Shown piece after piece: positions 29,171 through 42,100 of a stretch of DNA of 64,000 bases. The first letter of the stretch is position 1; every line of letters begins with the position of its first letter. The position numbers and the translations under genes are program-made. Source of the stretch: a virus (Duplodnaviria; Caudoviricetes); the IMG/VR virus record IMGVR_UViG_3300021255_000050, positions 1 to 64,000 of that record. One strand, 5' to 3'. Below the pieces are notes generated by a model. That model saw only the letters and a list, made by a program, of their open reading frames with translations. It was not told the origin of the DNA and ran no database searches.

Positions 29171-30027
29171 GTAATGACCAAAGTAGAAGAACTTACCCGC
29201 AAGATTGATGAAGCTGTCGCAAGGTGGAAGTACATCTATGAAAATGGATCGAATGATCCATTCTGGCCTGACGGAGTAAACATGAACCTCGTGCGAAACC
29301 ACATAATCTTTGACCTAAGAGAGTTAAATAGCATGCCACAGCAGCTCTCCATGTTCGGCGAACCAGTATACATAGGAGACATGAAGGATAAGATACCGCC
29401 CCTTGTCAGCCGTTATTACATGGCGAAAGAGCGGCCTATCTTTCTTGCGCCGCAGGAGATGCAGAAGCTGGAATATGCTAACAGGAAAGAAGGTTAATAA
29501 CATGATCTACATTATCACGAAAGAAAATGGTTACGGCAACGACCGTATCTGTGCAGCAACAACAGACAGATCGAAGGCTGATATTATCCGCAAGCTTTGC
29601 AGCGATGCGCAAGGTGATGCTGAGATAAAAAGGTTTGAGGATGGCGAGATTGGCTTTGACTTGACCAAGGCCAAGAACGCATGGCACATCACGATCTGCC
29701 ATCATGTCGGCGACACTGAACCAATGGTCAACGTCAGAGAGTTTGTAACCTTCCAAGAGTTCGAACCTCATGAACACTTCAATTCCGGCTTGAACAGATG
29801 CGAGCTTCATGTATATACAGCAGCCGAAACCGAAGAAGAAGCACTGACGATTGCTCGCAGGTCCTGGAATGCACATAAAGGGTCGAGCTTCGGCATTGCA
29901 TAATGAGGTGTATACGCTAATGGATTGGCTGGTTCCGTTTATAGTTGGCGTTTTTTGTGGGTACTTTATCGCGGCATTACTGTGCGCGAGAAGATGACTC
30001 TGGCAGCCGGGAACAGACCGGCATCAT

Positions 30028-30100
30028 GCAGGTGTAGCGCAATTGGCAGCGCACATGCTTTGGGAGCATGGGGTTGTGAGTTCGAGTCTCACCACTTGCA
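30028..30100 (+). tRNA. tRNA-Pro(TGG)
   Basis: Acceptor GCAGGTG/CACTTGC; anticodon arm CATGC-TTTGGGA-GCATG; TTCGAGT T-loop. Confidence 0.85.
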
Positions 30101-30178
30101 CTTGGTATGCGTCGTGGCCTGTGTCTCCTAACATGCATATCCAATTGACACTGACAGCCTGGAAAGACGGGCACACAT

Positions 30179-30277
30179 GGGGGTAAGATGGCGGTCCAGA
30201 CGTGGGCTGTGCGACTTGTAAACGGTACTGAGGCGCCGGTACTTGTTAAGCGGAGTTCAATTCTCCGGCCTCCACCA
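30179..30277 (+). ncRNA. Atypical tRNA-like element
   Basis: GGGGG 5' end, T-arm CGGAG-TTCAATT-CTCCG, 3' CCTCCACCA; possible CT-TGT-AA loop with a poor stem. Confidence 0.4.
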
Positions 30278-30282
30278 TTTAC

Positions 30283-30418
30283 GACGCGGTGGCGGATATA
30301 GGTAGACGCAAATCCAAATACGAACGACCCTTCCCTTCGCTGAAATGTGCGCACGAGTAGGCAAGGTATGACGGACATAGGAAATGGTCATGTAGGGTGC
30401 AAATCCCTACCCGCGTCA
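30283..30418 (+). ncRNA. tRNA-like RNA with Leu-type ends and expanded non-canonical centre
   Basis: GACGCGG/CCGCGTC acceptor; GCGG..TAGGTAGACGC D-arm; GTAGG-GTGCAAATC-CCTAC T-arm; 136 nt. Confidence 0.55.
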
Positions 30419-30426
30419 TTCGATAA

Positions 30427-30524
30427 TATGCGGTGGTGGAACAGGTAGACACTTGCCGTAGGCTCTGGAGAGATTTGGGCGGCTAACGCAGAGCTATGTG
30501 AGGTGCAAATCCTCACCCGCATAA
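30427..30524 (+). ncRNA. tRNA-like RNA with Leu-type ends and no canonical anticodon arm
   Basis: TATGCGG/CCGCATA acceptor; GTGGAACAGGTAGACAC D-arm; GTGAG-GTGCAAATC-CTCAC T-arm. Confidence 0.55.
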
Positions 30525-30951
30525 TTTGGAGGTATCTTATGAGTAATTTGGAACACTTGCTTGAGAATGCTCTTCTCCTTTTCGAGCGTGATGACATGAC
30601 GCCTGAAGAATGGAGAGAAAGAATGCGTGATGATTGTAATTGGAAAGGCAATGAAAACATTACGCTGGAGAACCTGCAGGATATATGTGCATACGTAATC
30701 TGCACATGGTGCGGTTGGTGTGAGAAGAATGAAGAATGGGAGAATCATAAGGACATGCTGAAACTGAGACCTGATATTGAGCGTGGCATCCAGATGAGCA
30801 GGATCGCCAACAATATCTACGAGTACTGGTCCAACCACAGGGAGCTGCGGTATGGCCAGCTGATGTCTATCCTTGCAAAAGAGGATGACCTGTTTTACCT
30901 GACTGACGAAGAACTGGATAAGAGAGCTGCCGAATTATAAGGAGAAAGCAT

Positions 30952-31551
30952 ATGAGTTGGTGGACGCAAGTTCTTGGTGTTATAGAAGTGATAGTGCCTG
31001 GGCGAACACAGGCTGAGTGTCGATACATCGTGGATACAGTCCTCGACCACATGCCACTCGTAACAGGGTCCGAGGGCTGCATGCATGCACAAGCAATCCA
31101 GCGGGAGGGCTACAACTCGTCGTCAAGCCATGATGAGTTCTGCATGAAGACGAATAACCTAACCGACTATTACGGAGACAAGAGCCGGAGAAGAGGCTTC
31201 TTGCAGACGCAGACCAACTACCTCATCGTTATCGACGGCAGCTTGCGGGACCGCATGTTCAGCGAGACAAAACGCGAGCTAATGAAGTGGCTGTGCCGGC
31301 TGGCGAAGAGGCTGATCGTCCACAACATAAGCGTTACTCTCGCAGGAGACACGGGGCATCTTGTCATAACAGATCCCGAACCGTATTTTGAGATGTACGA
31401 ATGCGACGATGAGCCTTGCTGGACTGATTATCTGAGGTGGGAGCGCGATCCTTACAGTGGCCTGCCGCTGCAACTGGCGAGCAAGTACTACGATGACGAA
31501 GAGATCAAGAGCGAGCTGAAGAGAAGAGAAGAATGGCGCGAACGGAGGTAG
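30952..31551 (+). CDS. Hypothetical phage protein
   Basis: AAGGAG RBS; MSWWT...VTGSEG...GSLRDR. Confidence 0.65.
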   Translation: MSWWTQVLGVIEVIVPGRTQAECRYIVDTVLDHMPLVTGSEGCMHAQAIQREGYNSSSSHDEFCMKTNNLTDYYGDKSRRRGFLQTQTNYLIVIDGSLRDRMFSETKRELMKWLCRLAKRLIVHNISVTLAGDTGHLVITDPEPYFEMYECDDEPCWTDYLRWERDPYSGLPLQLASKYYDDEEIKSELKRREEWRERR

Positions 31552-32269
31552 CAATGGAGAATACGATATACGTTATTGTAAAAGGACATTACTCTGATTA
31601 TCTGGTATGTGCTGCTACTACAAATAAAGAACGTGCTGAAATTATAAGGCAGCTTCATACAGATGATTATTATACCGCGAAGATTCTAGCATTCGAATCA
31701 GGTAATTCATATGTTAACGAAGCTAGGGCACGTACATATTGGCATATTGATATAGTTAAGAAAGGCAAAGAAATAAAGGAAACCTGCGACGTTTGTACAT
31801 TATTCGATGATTATGAAGATAAAGATCATCACGTATTTAACGCGTATGTAAATGGCGATTTTGGATTTGAAATAATTGTTGCCGAGCCAGATAAAGATAA
31901 GGCTATGAAGATCGCAAGAGACAGACTTGCAGAGTGCAAAGCAAAATTCTTTGAGGTGTAAAAGATGAACGGAGTAGAAATACTGGCCGAGGTGCCGGGC
32001 GACAACCTAGCTGGTGTAGCTATATTTGCTGTTATATGTATATTTGCTTTTCTTGGTTGGGCCTGGTTTAGACGTAAACATGAAGAGGAATTAATAGTGG
32101 CATTAGGGCTTCTTATAATTTCCTCGTTAGTGTTTGGCATAACTCTTGGCGTAAGAAACGAACCTTACTACATAGCAGTAGTTGATGAGAGTGCATCTTA
32201 TACTCAGTTGACCGAGAAGTACAAGGTTCTGGAGCACTATGACAGCGTTTACTTTTTAAATGACGTACA

Positions 32270-33721
32270 ATGAAAAGAGAATTAACAATGGATGATCATG
32301 TGTATAGCGTGCCAAGAAAAGTAAAACAGCTGGTAATACCTACAGGGACATTATGTTTTTGTCCTACATGCAACGAAGATATATACGAAGTCTGGCCTGA
32401 AATATACTGTCCTTATTGTGGGCAGTGCCTCGATTGGAGCGCTACAATAATAGACCAAATTGGCAAGTTTGAGCCTAGGCCGAGGTGATAGAAGCAAATG
32501 GATAATAACGTATACACAGAACCAAAGAAACCGAAGTTAAAATTTGCGCGTGGATACATAGTAAGCTATTGCCCAACATGCGAAAACGAAGTGCGCATAG
32601 AGCAATATGTTTGTTTGTGCTGTGGGCAGGTTCTAGAATGGAAAAATATAGCTACCCAGTATCTCATGAATGCACGATATAAACCCATAACACTTATGGA
32701 AATGCTGGCAAGAGGCGAGCTAGATGGAAGACAGCGTGACATAAGTTATATACATGCTGGGGGAGAAGTTCTTGAGGTGATAGAAGCAAATGGACAATAA
32801 CATATACACAGAACCAAAGTTCGTCAAGGAAAATGGCGGCAAGTTTGAATGCCCTACATGCAACATCGAGATAAACAAGCAGACATCTCCGCAGCAATGC
32901 AAATACTGCGGACAGCTGCTTGACTGGAGACCGAAGGGGACAGTCTTCTTTAGAGGCCAAATGCTGCGTGTAGGTGAAGACGTTTTCTTTGGTCGGGAGC
33001 CGGCGCATCCGAGTGATAGGTTCGACGTTATGTCAGAGGCTATCGAAGCTTTTGATCTGGAGTTCGACACTTATTATGGTGATGACTTGACGATACAGGT
33101 AGATGGTTCCGCGCCTGTACAAGTTGAACAGATGTGGCTTTATCCGGTTGATCAATTAGCATGCCACCGGATTGATAGGGAGGTACGCAATGGATGATAA
33201 CATATACACAGAACCGAAACTGATAAAGCGCAAATCAGATACCATTTTTGGATATGCTTGCCCAACCTGCAACATGGATGTTCTGCCGAAAACTCCTAGT
33301 GTTTGTATGTACTGCGGGCAACTTCTATTGTGGCCAGACATACCGGCGAGACGTATCGATACAAGAGGCTATGTAGAAGATGTATTAAACGCAAATAGAC
33401 AGAGAATAGCAGCGGAGGCATTCGATGGACGATAATATATACACAGAACCGAAACTAGTTAAATCAGATACAAATAGTATCTTTGGCCAGTACATGTGTC
33501 CTACTTGTAGTATGAGCATATCGCCAAAGGATTCACCACATCATTGCAAATACTGTGGACAATATCTGTTGTATCACGATCCAAACATGTTCTCATTTGA
33601 TCCAGAGAAATATAGAGGAATTGATCTTGCAACAGCTGTACAACAAACGATGGATCATCTAGCTACTGATCCAAGAATTGCACCAACTATGACGTTTGCA
33701 GAAGGAGGACTTGTACCATGA
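32270..33721 (+). repeat. Array of five paralogous zinc-ribbon genes
   Basis: Four start MD(N/D)N(I/V)YTEPK and the first carries a divergent MDDHVYSVPR; all have CPTC...C..CGQ.L motifs; starts near 32288, 32498, 32790, 33190, 33425. Confidence 0.75.
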
Positions 33722-33921
33722 ACTTTTCTCATGCATGGGGATCAATGTATATCGAGGGTAAGAAAGCAAGGCGCCACGGTTGGAAAGGATACTGGGCGTG
33801 GGAGAACGGTTCGATCATGATGCATTGCGAAGATGGAACCGTGATGAATATCTTGGATACTGATGATGCTGTTGATACTCTTTTGAGCATTTGTGCAGAG
33901 GACTGGGAGGAAGCAGAATGA
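33718..33921 (+). CDS. DUF2829-like protein
   Basis: MNFS.A....GKKARR.GW...AEDWE. Confidence 0.6.
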   Translation: MNFSHAWGSMYIEGKKARRHGWKGYWAWENGSIMMHCEDGTVMNILDTDDAVDTLLSICAEDWEEAE

Positions 33922-34370
33922 AGAAGCTTGCAATTATCTTTGTACTCGTTGTCGCTATCTTCGTGCTCGCTAGCTGCGATGCAAATATTAGCGGCAACCG
34001 CGTGATGTACGGCAAGGACGTGCAGACTTTTACGTATGCGTACATTCGCCTTGGTGACGCGCCGATCAAGGAAGGATACATCATACAGTGGCGCGACTAT
34101 GAAGACAGCGACGTGGTTCAGGTTATGATCGATGGCAAGTACTACCTGACACACTACACAAATGTCGTGATGGTTGCCGACCCTTCGCATGGCAATCTTG
34201 ACTACAGCAATTCTGGTACATATGGGGTGACGGAATGAGTATATATAGAATGGCGAGTCTGATTGACGAACTGCTGGATGAGGCACTGAATGACCTTGAT
34301 CCTGATGACTATAAGAACCTCCTCGACATGGTTGTCAATATTTGCGAGGAAAGAAAAGAGGACGAATAAT

Positions 34371-34628
34371 ATGTACGGATTTGATTATGCTATTACTCGT
34401 GTTAAAGCTGGCGCTAAGATGAAGCGTGCCGGATGGAATGGCAAGGGCCAGTATATCGAACTGGCGACGAACGTATCCTTCATGCGCCCGAATGGCGATG
34501 TCGTGAACGTGGACCACGCACAGATGGGCAACAAAGCGATCGCTTTCCATGGAACAAGCGGAGTCCAGCTTGGGTGGCTTGCATCGCAGGCTGATATGCT
34601 GGCTGAAGATTGGGTTGAAGTCGAATGA
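34371..34628 (+). CDS. DUF2829-like protein
   Basis: F..A...K.G....RAGWNGKGQY...GWLASQADMLAEDW. Confidence 0.75.
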   Translation: MYGFDYAITRVKAGAKMKRAGWNGKGQYIELATNVSFMRPNGDVVNVDHAQMGNKAIAFHGTSGVQLGWLASQADMLAEDWVEVE

Positions 34629-36243
34629 GTAACGAAAAGCAGATCGTTATTGATTGCACTAAAGGTAAGTCCGAAGAATTTAAAATGATTGCCTATGGCG
34701 AAGATCATGATACTGTATGTACAACTATAGTAAGAGGGATACCTATAAGTCTCTCTTACACCGTTACTAGTAGCGAGGTTTTTGGCACAACAGAAATTGA
34801 TGTAACATTCCATATACTTTGTGACGCAGAACAAGAAAGTGTTGAGGCAGAATGATCGACCCGAAGAAAGCTGTTGAGTGGTTCGAGCGTTGGGATTTGA
34901 CGCCTGATTCAGCAACCTATGCGCTGAAGAACTACATAACATTGATCAACGACATAACCGGCGGCCGGCTGTCAAGGCTTGGCTATAGTGCAGCTTATAT
35001 CGAAAACATTGCTGACGATTATAAAGCCGGGGTATGCGAGGAGTGTGCTCGCGAAATGCGCGATGGTCTTAAGGACCAACTGAAAAGTGTGATGTGGGAA
35101 GTACAGGCACTGAAAGATATGCTTGATGATTAAGGAGTACGGTAATGGTAAATAAATTGAGACCCCGTGCTATGATCAGAGAATGCCATGATGCCGATGG
35201 ACGTAGCACATGGCGAGAGATTTATTACTTTTGTCCGCTGTGTGACAGAGCAATCAGTGGCTATAAGGAAGAGACAGCATGCGATATATGCGGAACGTTC
35301 TACGACTGGGGCGTAAGAGAGCCTCGTATTAAGACAACATATACTGTGGAGTGGTGATACGATGCATGATTTTCCTGCGATACTGTTTCTTCCAGTATGT
35401 TCTGAATGCAGAGAAATCCTGCATGAGCGGATCAATTGCGCTATGGACATTGAATCTAGCCCGCACACCAGAGGCTACAATATTCCGTTTATTGATATAC
35501 GACCTCGTCAATGTCCGCATTGTGGAGCGCTTTTCGAAAGAGTTACATATATCACTGATAATAGGCCATCTGAAGTAAGAACGAAAGAGCTTGAAGACGA
35601 GCTGCGAATGGAGTGAATTAGATGACAGTTAGAGATTGCATGAAAGAAATTGATTGGATTGATGTTTCTCTTGGCGCACTTATAAGGTTAGAGGATGGAC
35701 GCATAGCAAATCTTTCGACAGAAGAGGTCGTTATGATTCGACAATTGCTTCAACATTATGCGGAGAACATAAAACAAAAGAAGATCGAAGCTTAATCAAT
35801 CGGCAATAAGGAGCAGGTTATGGAAGAAAAGGTTCCTGTGGACACAAAGTATATCGGCACGTTCGCCGGCGATATAGAAGTATGGTGCTGTAGAGAATGC
35901 CGGGCCGTTCTTGACCCGGCATTTAACTATTGTCCGCACTGTGGTGTTGAGCTTGACTGGACAGAAGCAAAGGAGATTGAAGACGATGATAGTGACCTTG
36001 GGTGTGATTATTAATGATATCATTGTGCACTTTTGGGAGATCCTGCTGATTAGTATTCTAGCTGTCATCGCTGTTATCTTGGAGATATATTCAAAATGAG
36101 TAGAGTTGTTTTGTATATAGTAGCTGATAACGGATGGTGTGTCCCGTATCGGAAAGCATATAGGAAAGCGCGATACAGGAAGAAGATGGGCAGGTATCAT
36201 AACTGGCACGGATTCCACAAGAACGAGAAAGGCTGGCCGAAAG

Positions 36244-36486
36244 ATGACTGAAGGATGGATCAGCACCAAGGACAGGATGCCGGAAGACCACGAGATGGTC
36301 CTTGGATATACTCCATGCGATGGCGTTATGTTCGTTGGTTTCCACAAAGTTTATAGGTATTCCTGGGGAGATGATGCCAAATGGTACATTGCGACTGCAA
36401 TGGGATCCACGAAAACCATGCGCAAGAGAGTTAGCCACTGGATGCCGCTGCCTGCGCCGCCTACGGGGATGGTGCATAACGAATGA
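36244..36486 (+). CDS. DUF551-like protein
   Basis: WIS.KDRMPE...VSHWMPLPAPP. Confidence 0.75.
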   Translation: MTEGWISTKDRMPEDHEMVLGYTPCDGVMFVGFHKVYRYSWGDDAKWYIATAMGSTKTMRKRVSHWMPLPAPPTGMVHNE

Positions 36487-37034
36487 CGATTGAGGAACTC
36501 GAACAAGCTGTGAATGAGGCGTGGAACATGGGCTGGATTGCAATCGATGATGTGCGCGAGCTTATCGAACGCTTGCATGAACAGCCGATCGTACGCTGCA
36601 AGGACTGCAAATACTACTGCAGCACAGGTGGATTCTGTACATATGACGGCCTACTTAACCGGAACTATAAGCATACATATGGCTGGGGATGTTATGACGA
36701 TTGGTACTGCGCAGATGGGGAACGGAAGAAAGGGCGGTAAATATGATGATTGAGCGGGAGAAGGTAATCAAAGGGTTTGAATGCTGTTTAAGCTTAAGCG
36801 ATAATTTCCCTGACGAATGCCTCAAATGTCCATACGTAAGCGACATGGACAGTGAAGTTACTTGCATGCGAAAGATGGGATCAGATGCCATTACCCTGCT
36901 GAAAGAGCAGGGAGCGGTGGAGCCGATATACAGTTATGGAACTTTCAGATGTGGAAAATGTAAAAACATTGTCGGATACAATGATGGTTGTGGACATGGA
37001 TATCAAAATAATTTTTGCAGTAATTGCGGAAAGG

Positions 37035-38183
37035 CGGTGAAGTGGAATGGCTAACAGAAAAGAAGTATTACATGGGCTTGAAGACGAAATTTCGAGGGCA
37101 GAACGGAACGACACAGAATGGAATGATTGCGTTCCGGTTTGGGTGTTTCGTGGTGCGTATGAATTGTTGAAAGAACAAGCACCTGTAGCACCTCAAAAGC
37201 ATTACAACAAAAATGCAGATTTACTTTATGCGTGCGGAAAATGCCACAATGATTTGAAACCGAATAACCGTAACGCAAAGTTCTGCTGGTTTTGCGGACA
37301 AGCGGTGAAGTGGGAATGAAGTGCAGTTACAATAACAGACCGAAAAACATTTTTCCTTGTTCGGTTTGCAATTTCAAAGGAATTGATTGTGAAAATGCAA
37401 AGGGACGAGAACCGATAACATGTATGCATTGCCGAAATTATTGTGGGATAAACAAATTGGTGTGTAGCGAACGGAAAGGATACAACCTCAGACCGTGTGA
37501 AAAATTTATGTGGGATTAAAGGCGGTGAAGTGGGAATGAGCTGGCGTATTCCTTCACGAGAAGAAGCAGAAGAATACACTCTGGCATATCTTGCCGCGCA
37601 GGAAGTTTATTTCGAGGAACACGTTGATGATTGTTGTGAAACGTGTGGTTTCTACGAAAACGGTAAATGCTATTTGGACATCGGCGAGCTTGTCGAAAAA
37701 GACTACAGTTGCAAATTCTATGCAAGGCGGTGAAGTGGGAATGAAGGGAAACGAAGTAACAGCCGAAGACACGGAGAAATGGAAAAAAGATGGAATGATT
37801 CCTGCGACATGTAGATTATGCGGTGAAGTTGTTTTGCATCCAAGCAAATTTTTCAAGAAAGACGAATTGACTAATTACGAATGCGCTAACTGCAAAATGT
37901 ACCTCAGACTGTTAGGAAGACGGTGAAGTAGAATGATTATTGATGTCGTAAAAAGTAAAGGTATCCCTTTTAGGTGCAATACCTGCAATGCCTATTTTGC
38001 ATGGAAACCTGATGGACATGGGGGATGCCGTATACGTTCAAGATACCTACAATGTGAAAAAGTTGAATGTAACTATTATACACCAACAGAAAAGTACTGC
38101 CCCGAATGCGGAGGAAATGATCTTACAGAGGTTCCAGTGATGGTCTATAAAATCATAAGAAAGATTAGGTCGGTGAAGTGGGT
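37035..38183 (+). repeat. Six copies of gene-junction motif CGGTGAAGT(G/A)G(G)(A/T)ATG
   Basis: Copies at 37035, 37303, 37523, 37728, 37921, 38171, each ending at a start codon. Confidence 0.8.
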
Positions 38184-38499
38184 ATGACGATTAAAGAGTT
38201 TATTGAGATCCTCAAGAAATATCCGAAGTATTACAAACTGATCGACAGCTCAGCTGAGAATGGCACAATCACAGTCATAGATGAGAATGGCAAGATGGCT
38301 GATATTCTTTTCCTCGAAGAAGTGCTGCCGAGGGAGTGAGAAGATGACGATTAAAAAGTTTATTAAGATCCTCAAGAAATATCCTAAGTATTACAAACTG
38401 TACGACGGCTCTTTTGGAAATGGTATAATCGTAGTAAGAGATGAGAACGGCAAGATTGCAAAACTTCTTTTCCTCGAAGAAGTTCTGCAGAAGGATTGA
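38184..38499 (+). repeat. Tandem duplication of a 51-aa gene (38184-38339 and 38344-38499)
   Basis: MTIK(E/K)FI(E/K)ILKKYPKYYKL...DENGK.A..LFLEEVL with near-identical DNA. Confidence 0.85.
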
Positions 38500-41400
38500 G
38501 AAGATGGCAGACACACAAAAGATGTTGCTCAGCCTCAGACAAATGTTAGGCGCTATGAACGGCGGCCTTACATATGTAAACGATGAAGACGAGATCAGAC
38601 CGTGCGGCACTAGATGGGAGTTCTGCAATGGCAAGTGCAGTGAATGCCCTAAGGCTAATGCTGCTGTAAGTACAAGGAGCGAACCATGAGCGTTATCGTT
38701 AAAGGCATGCATATGCCAACTAGCTGTGAATGCCTTAGTGCTAGGTGTCCTTTGTTTAGGTATGATGAATGGGACGGCGAAACATGCGGATACAAACCAG
38801 GCTGGACACTTCACAAACGCAGCTACTATGAAGTCATCAAGCCAGACTGGTGTCCTCTTGTTGATCTGGTCACGTGCGAAGATTGTATACACGCTATCTA
38901 CGATCAGGATGGCAATGCTAAATACTGCAATATCGATGAAGATGAAGATGGAAGACCTATCAGAAAGGTAAGCAACGACTATTATTGTGCCGAGGGGAAA
39001 CGTTATGAAGAGGATGTACAGCTGTGTGGTCAGTGACAACTACGGCGCTACATACATGATAACCAGCAAGTATAACTCCGTCGAGCATGCTTTTGCCGAC
39101 CTTGAGAGCCAGGGCTACCATGTTATTTCAGTGCGCCAAACAGGTGACGATTGGTATGCCATAGATTTCACGCCAGAAGATTGGGCCACTATCAGAACAT
39201 ATAAGGAAACTGTCGGTGCTATTGACATGAAGTCTGCGATCATGAACGCAATTAGCGTTGCATCGGACGATGTAATATGGAAGGAGCCTAAATGGCAGGA
39301 TCTGAAGGAAACAATCGAGGAGCTACATGATAACAACCAAGGCAAGCCTGAGGTTGAACTTGTTACACGGTTCCTGTTGAGTCTCATGAATGTACTGGAG
39401 AAAAAGGAGAATGATGAATGACATCCAACAAGTTTATTAACGCAGCAAAGAACGCTGTGATTGATGTAGCCAAGCATGAACTTGGCATTGATGTTGACTT
39501 CGATAGTCTGCAGCTCGTGTGGTTCGCGCACGAATTGGGCTATAAGAAATGCACACTGTTCGCGAAGGAGCTTGACCTTATGTACCCCGAAGTGACGTAC
39601 AATCTTGCGAAGAACGAGATGTACGTGGATATGTACAAGAAGACGAGCAACACGGTTTTCGACGCTGAGAGGATTGAGTTTCTTTCACGGAGGTAAGTAT
39701 GGACAGCAGTGCTGGATTGTTTTATATATCGTGTATGTCTGGTGGAATGGCACATTCCGCGTCTTTAGACTCCGGTTTGCGGGCTGCGTTTTTGCATGCT
39801 GGAATAGATGTGGGCCCAAAAGATATGAAGAAATGCTGCGAGAACTGTAAGCATATGCTGAGTTTGAAAGAGTACGACTATCGTGACGGCGGTTGCAAGC
39901 ATACCGAGATGGATGGTTTCGTTTGCCTTGCATTTGCAGACGAAGGGCTTGCATGCTGGATGCGAGGCATTGATATGAAGACAAAAACATGTGAGGCATA
40001 CGAGCATGTTTGAGTACGTAGTTTCTTTTGAAGACGGTGGCTGCAACAAGGTTACAAAGAACGGTCTTGTCGGAACTGGCAGCTTCACTGAAGCTTGCAG
40101 GGCGCTGGTAGATTATTACGGAAACGATTTGGAATATGTTAGCCTGAACAAAGCAGAGACTGTGATTGAAGACGCTAACGATATATCAATGCAAAAGTTT
40201 ATGAATATAATTCGAAGTGAGTGCAAGGAGTGAGATACTATGACAGGCCGTGAACTGATAGAATGGATCGTAAAAAATAACGCCGAGGACAAGGAAGTCA
40301 TCATAGAGCACAGGGATTCCGGGGGATCGTATCGCACTGCAGAACGGCTCGGTGAGTTTTCCGAACCAACCTTAGTAAAGTTCTCTGAAGGGTCGGATGG
40401 AGTTATCTCAAAGTTAAAGTATGAATATGACGAGATAGACTTCAAGCCGAATGGTATTATACTTTAAGGAGCGGGGCTAGATGATTATCGGTACCAGTAT
40501 TCCATGGTATGAAATGTCGTGTTCATACGGAACGGCGATAGATGTTATCCCACAAAATGTCTGGTTTATAGGAGTTTAATATGGGGATGATAGAGGATAC
40601 GTATATTCGCGCACTTGCGAAGGAAAGTACAAGTATCCCAGAAAAGCAGAAGCAACGTATTCGAGAACGCTTCACCGCAAAACAATTGCTGTATGAGAAT
40701 CACAGATACTACTGCCCGCATTGCGAAATGCCCACACCGAAGATGTCAAAATACTGTTGTAATTGTGGGCAAAAGGTCACGTTAGAAAAACCTACGATGG
40801 CTGTTCTTGATTAAATTAACACTTTAGGTGGAGTTCTTTATGACAGTAAGAGAGCTGATTGAATTATTACGACAAGAAAACCCTGATGCGCTTGTTTACA
40901 CAATGGATAACACGGATGATATCGCACTGATTGTCACAAGAGTAAGCAGGAATATTCTTGAAGGGAAAGACGAGACAGTTACAATACATTAAATAGGAGG
41001 TTAGAGCATGGATGAACGCGATTGGTGGATTGAACTCGATAGGCGCATCTACATAGATGAAGATAAGGGATATTATAAGATTGCACTTACGTTCGATGAG
41101 GCCAGGGAAATCATCAAGTTGTTACAAGAACTTGATGATATGAAGGTGAATGACATAACTTAAATAATACGAGGTAATTTTATGACAGTTGAGGATATTG
41201 ATGCCCCGTGCAATGAATGTGAATATGCTGATTACTCTCCATTCGCTCAGCCATGTGCCGATTGTGGTTTTGACTGCCGCAATTTCAAACCAAGACAGAT
41301 GGACGTCGGAATTGTTCTTGATGATGACGGATTCTAACTAAAATATGGCTAACACTCAGAAAGGAAGTGTGAATCCGTACAGGGGCAGGTGCCTGCCTCC

Positions 41401-41999
41401 ATGCCGTCGGCTGTGGACGTTAACAACAGGGAAGCACACAGTTCAAGTCTGTGCTGTACGGAAGCCATATTTAAGCTTAAATAACACATTTATGGAGGTA
41501 GCATGAAAAAAGGCTGCGATTACAAGAGACGCAAAATACCTAAAGACTGCCTGAGTTGTGCACAATCATTCAGCGCAGATGACGAGGATGGTAACATGAT
41601 ACTTGTATGTGTCAAGGACAGCGATCCGTCGTATGTTGTTGTACCAGAAGATGGATACTGCGATGAATGGAAGGACTAACATGATAGAGTGGAAAGAAAC
41701 TGATTTGTGGAAATTCACAGCAGAACATCAGGACGCCGATGTCAATATATGGGGTGGGTACATTGGTAAAAACGATGGGTACACACCGTTTGGATATACC
41801 GTAGATTATGAAAATAAAATTTGGTACTTCGGGCTTGATGGTCACTTCATTAAATGTAAAGCTATGTAATGGTTTTCTGATTAACGCTGGTTCAGATGCA
41901 ACAGGCTCGGTTATGCCTTCCATCTAGCTTGCCGGAGTAGACAGGTGCGGTGAAACGTGATTCAAGACTCCGTAAATGGGAGAAACGGCAAGCATAACT

Positions 42000-42100
42000 T
42001 ATGCGGTGGTGTAAAGAGTCCGATGAGGTTTTCCGGAAAAGTTGAAAGCACACAGGACCTGAAATCCTGAGGAGTTGGTTAGAATCCAACCCGCATTCCA
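42000..42100 (+). ncRNA. tRNA-like RNA with expanded D-arm
   Basis: ATGCGG/CCGCAT acceptor with 3' CCA; CAGGA-CCTGAAA-TCCTG arm; GTTGG-TTAGAAT-CCAAC T-arm. Confidence 0.5.
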
